Positions 59,111-64,000 of a stretch of DNA of 64,000 bases are shown piece by piece. The position numbers and the translations under genes were made by a program. Position 1 is the stretch's first letter; each line of letters begins with the position of its first letter. The notes beneath the pieces were generated by a model, which was not told the origin of the DNA, ran no database searches, and saw only the letters and a program-made list of their open reading frames with translations. Source of the stretch: a virus; the IMG/VR virus record IMGVR_UViG_3300011268_000916, positions 63 through 64,062 of that record; one strand, 5' to 3'.

Positions 59111-60007
59111 ATGGCAAGAAATCCTTACTTTACTCAAGGCACAACTTTGGAAAGAGGTCTATATGAAGACCTTGTTATAGAACAAATAAAAATTTATGGT
59201 CAGGATGTAAAGTATGTTCCTAGAGCTCTAGTAGATGAAGATACTTTATTCCGTGAGGATAGTATGTCTGAATTTACTGGAGCATATGAAGTAGAGATGT
59301 ATGTTGCGAACATAGATGGATTTCAGGGAGATGGAGATTTATACTCAAAATTTGGAATTAGAGTAACTGATCAAGTTACATTTATAGTTGCAAGAAAAAG
59401 ATTTGAAGAGGAAGTTGATGATAACACTGAATTAATAGTTGAAGGTAGGCCTAATGAGGGAGATTTAATCTACTTCCCACTAACTCAAAAATTATTTGAA
59501 ATCAAATATGTTGAATATAAAAAACCATTCTACCAATTACAAAATCCATTAGGAGCTTTTGTATATGAACTTAAATGTGAACTGTTTGAATACTCACATG
59601 AAGACTTTGAAACTGGTGATCCTGCAATTGATGAAGTTGAGACTGAATATGGTGTGATCTCAAGTTATATTTTACTGCCAGGAGGAACTGGAAACTTTAC
59701 AGTTGGAGAAACAATCAGTAATAATGAGACTCCATCAGTAACTGCAGAAGTAGCTGCATGGAATCCAGCAACTAGAGAGTTAAAGATATCTAGAAAATCT
59801 GGAGATTTAAGTGCATCTGATGTATTAACTGGTGGTACGAGCGGAGCTATTTGGACAGTATCTGCAAATTATTCTACTCAATCGTTTGAAACTGAAGAGA
59901 TAGATTGGGCAATGAATAAATACTTTGAGGATCAAGGAAATCTTATTCTTGACTTTTCAGAAAACAATCCATTTGGTGAATATGGAGATATGGGAGGATC
60001 GTTCTAA
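59111..60007 (+). CDS. gp14: Neck / head-closure protein gp14
   Basis: NPYF.QG...E..L.EDL..EQIKIYG.D..Y.PR, RPNEGDLIYFP and DFSE.NPFG motifs. Confidence 0.93.
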   Translation: MARNPYFTQGTTLERGLYEDLVIEQIKIYGQDVKYVPRALVDEDTLFREDSMSEFTGAYEVEMYVANIDGFQGDGDLYSKFGIRVTDQVTFIVARKRFEEEVDDNTELIVEGRPNEGDLIYFPLTQKLFEIKYVEYKKPFYQLQNPLGAFVYELKCELFEYSHEDFETGDPAIDEVETEYGVISSYILLPGGTGNFTVGETISNNETPSVTAEVAAWNPATRELKISRKSGDLSASDVLTGGTSGAIWTVSANYSTQSFETEEIDWAMNKYFEDQGNLILDFSENNPFGEYGDMGGSF

Positions 60008-60810
60008 TGTTAGGCACTTATGTATATCACGAAATTATAAGAAAAACAATTATTGGTTTTGGAACTCTGTTTAATAACATTGAACTGAGAAGATCTGCCG
60101 AAGATGGAACCATCCAGAGTATGAAAGTTCCTCTTGCTTATGGACCAAAACAAAAGTTTTTATCGAGACTTAGAGAACAACCAAATCTCAATCAAAAAAT
60201 TCAAATCACTTTACCAAGAATTTCTTTTGAGGTAAATGGTTTTTCATATGATCCTTCAAGAAAAGTATCTCCCATTCAAACTATAAAATCTGTAGATCCA
60301 ACAGACAATACAAAAACTAAGAAACAGTTCATGCCTGTTCCTTATAATGTTGAATTTGAATTATCTATTATTGCAAAAAATAATGATGATGGTATTCAAA
60401 TCCTTGAACAAATTTTACCCTATTTTCAACCATCTTTTAATATTAGTATTAACTTAATTAATGAAATGGGTGAAGTTAAAGATGTGCCTGTAGTTTTAAA
60501 CTCCATTTCATATGAAGATGATTATGAAGGAGATTTTGAAAAGAGAAGGTCTATAATTTACAACCTAACATTTACAGCAAAGACTTATCTATATGGTCCA
60601 ATCACAGATCAGAAAGTTATCAAAAAAGTACAAGCAGATACTTATACTACTGTAGATACAGTAAATGCTCCTAGACAAATTAGATATACTGCAACACCAG
60701 ATCCATTAGATGCAGACCCAGATGATGATTTTGGATTTAATGAAATATTTGCAGAATTTACTGATAATAAAAAGTGGGATCCTGAAACTGGAACAGATGA
60801 AGATCTATGA
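60007..60810 (+). CDS. gp15: Tail sheath stabiliser / terminator gp15
   Basis: YHEIIRKTIIGFGTLFNNI, VPLAYGPKQKFL.RL, LPRISFE and EQILPYFQP motifs. Confidence 0.94.
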   Translation: MLGTYVYHEIIRKTIIGFGTLFNNIELRRSAEDGTIQSMKVPLAYGPKQKFLSRLREQPNLNQKIQITLPRISFEVNGFSYDPSRKVSPIQTIKSVDPTDNTKTKKQFMPVPYNVEFELSIIAKNNDDGIQILEQILPYFQPSFNISINLINEMGEVKDVPVVLNSISYEDDYEGDFEKRRSIIYNLTFTAKTYLYGPITDQKVIKKVQADTYTTVDTVNAPRQIRYTATPDPLDADPDDDFGFNEIFAEFTDNKKWDPETGTDEDL

Positions 60811-61223
60811 GTACATTTGATAAATTAGATGAGGTTTTTGATATGCCTTCTGAGATAATAAAAACTGAAGACACTGTAGAGGAAACTACAGTTGATCCAA
60901 AAACAAAACAAGATATAACAAAAGATTATGATTATACTAGAGGTCAATTATATGATCTAATTGAAAAGGGTCAAGAGGCTATTCAGGGTGCGTTAGAAGT
61001 TGCACAAAACACTGATCATCCTAGAGCCTATGAAGTTGCAATTCAAGGTATTAAAAATGTCGCTGACATTACCGATAAGTTAATTGATCTTCAAAAGAAA
61101 ATGAAAGATATTGATGAGAAACCAAGAAAGGGACCAACTAGTGTAACTAATGCACTATTTGTAGGATCTACTGCAGAACTTCAGAAGTTAATTAAACAAC
61201 AAAAAACTTCTGAAGATAAATAA
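60807..61223 (+). CDS. gp16: Terminase small subunit gp16
   Basis: DYDY.R..LY.LIEKGQEA...ALEVA....HPRAYEV and TNALFVGSTAELQK motifs. Confidence 0.92.
   Translation: MSTFDKLDEVFDMPSEIIKTEDTVEETTVDPKTKQDITKDYDYTRGQLYDLIEKGQEAIQGALEVAQNTDHPRAYEVAIQGIKNVADITDKLIDLQKKMKDIDEKPRKGPTSVTNALFVGSTAELQKLIKQQKTSEDK
61216..61222 (+). promoter_or_regulatory. Late promoter core ATAAATA
   Basis: Overlaps the gp16 stop, 33 nt before ATG 61256. Confidence 0.5.
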
Positions 61224-61255
61224 AATATAGGAAAAAATTATTTTCGGAGTTTAAT

Positions 61256-61807
61256 ATGTCCGTTTTAAAAATTGTACAGAATGTTGCTGCAATATCTTGC
61301 ACTGGTGGACTTGCATCCCAATCAACAGCATCCATTGTAAATACTGGCGTATATCGTTTTTGTGCAGATGCTAAAGATAACATTCATGTTGCTTGGGGTG
61401 GCAATCCAACAGCAGTTGCAGGAAATGATTTTCATGTTCCAGCAAACTCATCAGAATTGGTAAAATGTGCCATGCCTAAGAGAGGCAAAATTACATCAAT
61501 TACAAAAGGTGCAACTGATACTATTATCACTATGGATCAGGATGGAAGAAAACCATCACATCCATTTAGAGTTGGTGACTATGTAACATGTACTGGATCT
61601 TCTGTAACTGATTACAATACTGGAATTGCACACTTGGATGTTACTGCTGTAACTGATACTTCGATTACAGTTTCTTTAAATTCATCTACATATTCAGACT
61701 TTACTGGAACTGCAACTCTATCAAATTCAATCAAGTTTTCAGTAAAACCTGATGGTAATGGTGCTGCAGTTGGACACATCACTGAAGTTCAGATCGTTGG
61801 TGGTTGA
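61256..61807 (+). CDS. Hypothetical, probably virion protein (183 aa)
   Basis: Beta-rich Thr/Ser/Val composition, behind a late-promoter core, between gp16 and gp17. Confidence 0.7.
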   Translation: MSVLKIVQNVAAISCTGGLASQSTASIVNTGVYRFCADAKDNIHVAWGGNPTAVAGNDFHVPANSSELVKCAMPKRGKITSITKGATDTIITMDQDGRKPSHPFRVGDYVTCTGSSVTDYNTGIAHLDVTAVTDTSITVSLNSSTYSDFTGTATLSNSIKFSVKPDGNGAAVGHITEVQIVGG

Positions 61808-61809
61808 TC

Positions 61810-62799
61810 ATGAAGAAGAGAGTACCTACCGAACAAGAAATTGCTAAGAAACATGGTGTTTCAGTTGATTATGTGATTCGTCAAGCTGAGGTTGGATCCA
61901 CAGTCGAAAGAGAACATGTTACTGATCACAAAGCAGCATATGGTATTGCTCTTCAACATATTGCAGAATTTCCCGATTACTATAAGCATTTACTATCAAT
62001 GGAAAAGCAACTTAAACAGGAATGGGAAAAGAAGAAACCCATCAAAGAAAATGTATCATCTGGTAATGCTCGCAGAGCAAGATTTGGTTCTGTAAAACAG
62101 AGAGTAAGCTCTTCTGAAGTTATTTCAAATACTCAGAAACAAGATAAAGTTGCACAACATTTTGCTGACCATGCTGCTAAAAAGAAGGCTGCTGGAGATG
62201 AGGCACATGCAGCTGCAACTAAAGCAGGCAAGAGTCCTTCCGATGCAGAAACTGCAAGGAATAGAGCACACAGAGAATACGAAAAGGCACAGAAAAAACT
62301 AAGAGAAAATCACATTGCTATTAATAATGGCACTGAGAAAGATGATGAAGGTGCGATGGCACTCGGTCAACTTGATGAGATTGAACTCTACATTAAAATG
62401 CTTCGTGAAACCATCAAGTCTCCAGACTACCAACTCCCTGGTTGGGTTCAAGCAAAGTTAGCACTTGCAACTCACAACCTAAATGCAGCTGCAATGTACC
62501 TTAGAACTAATTACGAAGAAACTGAGACTCTTTCATTTGGAGAATATATTAAAGAAGTTGCCGCATGGCAACGTAAAGAAGGTAAGTCAGAGTCTGGTGG
62601 TCTCAATGAGAAAGGACGTAAATCTTATGAAAGAGAGAATCCTGGTTCTGATCTAAAGGCACCTCAACCTGAAGGTGGGCCACGTAAGAAATCTTTTTGC
62701 GCTAGAATGTCAGGTATGAAAAAGAAACTAACTAGTGCAAAAACTGCAAACGATCCAGATTCACGTATAAATAAATCTCTTCGTGCGTGGAATTGCTGA
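61810..62799 (+). CDS. Modular hypothetical protein: DUF5661-like N-module and DUF6321-like C-module (329 aa)
   Basis: G..VE.EH.....A..IA..H..E.PDYY..L at the N-end and GGL..KGR......GS.LK....R.KSFCARM...R....LR.W.C at the C-end. Family names are recalled from memory and need an HMM check. Confidence 0.7.
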   Translation: MKKRVPTEQEIAKKHGVSVDYVIRQAEVGSTVEREHVTDHKAAYGIALQHIAEFPDYYKHLLSMEKQLKQEWEKKKPIKENVSSGNARRARFGSVKQRVSSSEVISNTQKQDKVAQHFADHAAKKKAAGDEAHAAATKAGKSPSDAETARNRAHREYEKAQKKLRENHIAINNGTEKDDEGAMALGQLDEIELYIKMLRETIKSPDYQLPGWVQAKLALATHNLNAAAMYLRTNYEETETLSFGEYIKEVAAWQRKEGKSESGGLNEKGRKSYERENPGSDLKAPQPEGGPRKKSFCARMSGMKKKLTSAKTANDPDSRINKSLRAWNC

Positions 62800-62820
62800 C
62801 AAAACTATATAATTTGTTAC

Positions 62821-62848
62821 TTGACAAACATTAATTTGCATATATAAT
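62821..62848 (+). promoter_or_regulatory. Consensus sigma70 promoter TTGACA-N16-TATAAT
   Basis: TTGACA at 62821-62826 and TATAAT at 62843-62848, intergenic, 27 nt before ATG 62876. Confidence 0.8.
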
Positions 62849-62875
62849 ATCATTACCGTATCAAGGTAAGACTCA

Positions 62876-63094
62876 ATGGATACCAAAACCTGCCCTAAAT
62901 GTGGGGCCTGCTGGATCGGTGGTCAACACTACTGGGCTGGCACAAATAAAAAAGGTAATGAAACCGAACTTGCAAGTTTAGTGTGTGATAAATTTGGAGA
63001 TGATAGTTGCATTAATCCATCCAAAGGAACAACTAAAGGAGATGGTTGGGAACAAAGGTTAAGTCACTTACAAAGTTTTGTTGATGAATTATAA
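62876..63094 (+). CDS. Small Cys-rich protein (CxxC...C...C), possibly Zn-binding (72 aa)
   Basis: CPKCGACW..GQHYW, VC and CINP motifs; has its own sigma70 promoter. Confidence 0.75.
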   Translation: MDTKTCPKCGACWIGGQHYWAGTNKKGNETELASLVCDKFGDDSCINPSKGTTKGDGWEQRLSHLQSFVDEL

Positions 63095-63097
63095 ATA
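63090..63097 (+). promoter_or_regulatory. Perfect T4 late promoter TATAAATA
   Basis: Overlaps the stop of 62876..63094, 24 nt before ATG 63122. Confidence 0.7.
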
Positions 63098-63121
63098 ATA
63101 AGTTATCAACTGTACAAAAAG

Positions 63122-63238
63122 ATGGCAAAGTCAGCAAACAAGGGTAAAAAAGGTTCTGCCGGGGGACAAAAAAACTCTAAGCAAAATCAAGGTAATGCCA
63201 CTGCTAAAAAAGCAAAGAATGGTGGTAAGAAAAAATGA
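63122..63238 (+). CDS. Very small Lys/Gly/Ala-rich basic peptide (38 aa, MAKSANKGKKGSAGGQKNSKQNQGNATAKKAKNGGKKK)
   Basis: Translated by hand and missing from the track. Late promoter upstream; the stop overlaps the next ATG. Confidence 0.7.
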   Translation: MAKSANKGKKGSAGGQKNSKQNQGNATAKKAKNGGKKK

Positions 63239-63414
63239 TTGACTTGATTGCCTTTGTTATTGTTGGTTATGTCGAGATAAGTCCTGGACAATGCCAATTA
63301 GAATACTTTAGATATAATGAAGTTCATTCGCTTGTAATACCGTGCCACGAGAATGGAATACTCCAGATAGGGAGTGTTGGAATGCTCCAATCCACCAAAT
63401 ACTCAAAGCAATAG
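63235..63414 (+). CDS. Small hypothetical protein with a hydrophobic N-terminus (59 aa, MIDLIAFVIVGYVEISPGQC...)
   Basis: Translated by hand; ATGA coupling to the upstream peptide; overlaps the next ORF by 73 nt. Confidence 0.55.
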   Translation: MIDLIAFVIVGYVEISPGQCQLEYFRYNEVHSLVIPCHENGILQIGSVGMLQSTKYSKQ

Positions 63415-63542
63415 ATAATCACACCCGACTTTATTTAAAAACGGGTGATTATTGGCATCAACAACAAGCATGGATATTGAGAAGGTATGTTAAGGACTTA
63501 AAAGTTTGGATACATAAAGAAGAAGGATGGTGGAATGAATGA
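63342..63542 (+). CDS. Conserved hypothetical protein preceding gp17 (66 aa, GTG start)
   Basis: MPREWNTP.RE.WNAPIH.ILKAIDNH pattern recalled from cyanomyoviruses; the stop overlaps the gp17 ATG. Confidence 0.7.
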   Translation: MPREWNTPDRECWNAPIHQILKAIDNHTRLYLKTGDYWHQQQAWILRRYVKDLKVWIHKEEGWWNE

Positions 63543-64000
63543 ATCCCAATGAAGTTTACTTAGGTAATCCTAAATTAAAAAGGGCTAATGTACCTATTGA
63601 ATTTACTCAAGAACAAGTAAGTGAATATATTAAATGTAAGTCAGATCCAGTCTATTTTGCAAAAAATTATATTCAAATTGTATCTCTTGATGAGGGTTTA
63701 GTTCCCTTTGATATGTATCCTTTTCAAGAAAAATTAATTAATAATTTCCATAACAATAGATTTAATATCTGTAAAATGCCTAGACAGACAGGCAAATCTA
63801 CAACAGTTATTTCATATCTATTGCATTACGCATTATTCAATGATTCTGTTAACATTGGTATTCTTGCAAACAAGGCTGCAACTGCTAGAGAACTATTAGG
63901 TAGGTTGCAACTTGCATATGAGAATCTTCCTATGTGGTTACAACAGGGAGTTCTAGTTTGGAACCGAGGATCAGTAGAATTAGAGAATGGATCTAAGATC
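63539..64000 (+). CDS. gp17: Terminase large subunit gp17 (5' part, truncated by the window end)
   Basis: Translated by hand: MNPNEVYLGNPKLKRAN...DP.YF..NYI.IVSLDEGLVPF..Y.FQ...KMPRQTGKSTTV (Walker A)...ILANKAATARELL. Confidence 0.96.
   Translation, partial: MNPNEVYLGNPKLKRANVPIEFTQEQVSEYIKCKSDPVYFAKNYIQIVSLDEGLVPFDMYPFQEKLINNFHNNRFNICKMPRQTGKSTTVISYLLHYALFNDSVNIGILANKAATARELLGRLQLAYENLPMWLQQGVLVWNRGSVELENGSKI

Noticed and set aside
1-64000. Stop-codon reassignment, introns, inteins or homing endonucleases
   Set aside because: The very long ORFs read through in the standard code, the core genes appear uninterrupted, and I saw no HNH, GIY-YIG, LAGLIDADG or intein motifs.
1-64000. Prophage in a bacterial chromosome
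   Set aside because: No host housekeeping genes, integrase or att-like junction; the content and order are those of a lytic T4-like phage.

Overview
The window is a 64-kb piece of a T4-like cyanomyovirus (Kyanoviridae-type) genome, and every credible gene is on the + strand. Bases 1 to ~2450 are the end of a relatively GC-richer block of very small genes with host sigma70-type promoters, G-poor leaders and a complex non-coding control region. That control region holds cyanobacterial-type DnaA boxes, inverted repeats and, at its 3' edge, a G-tract followed by AT-rich DNA. The rest is an AT-rich late morphogenesis cluster in the usual cyanomyovirus order: 2OG-Fe(II) oxygenase, PAAR, gp25, gp6, an 8055-aa gp7-like baseplate protein, gp8, a 4005-aa VrlC/DUF4815 protein, two fibre proteins, gp13, gp14, gp15, gp16, a few small genes, and the start of gp17 (cut by the window end). 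The most striking observation is a set of phycobiliprotein-like modules inside the giant baseplate protein. They keep Cys-x-Arg-Asp motifs matching the Cys84 bilin site and a second Cys matching the beta-155 site, and they are arranged in an apparently nested order. Family assignments come from recognising motifs by eye; no database search was run. I saw no tRNA, rRNA, CRISPR array, integrase or transposase.
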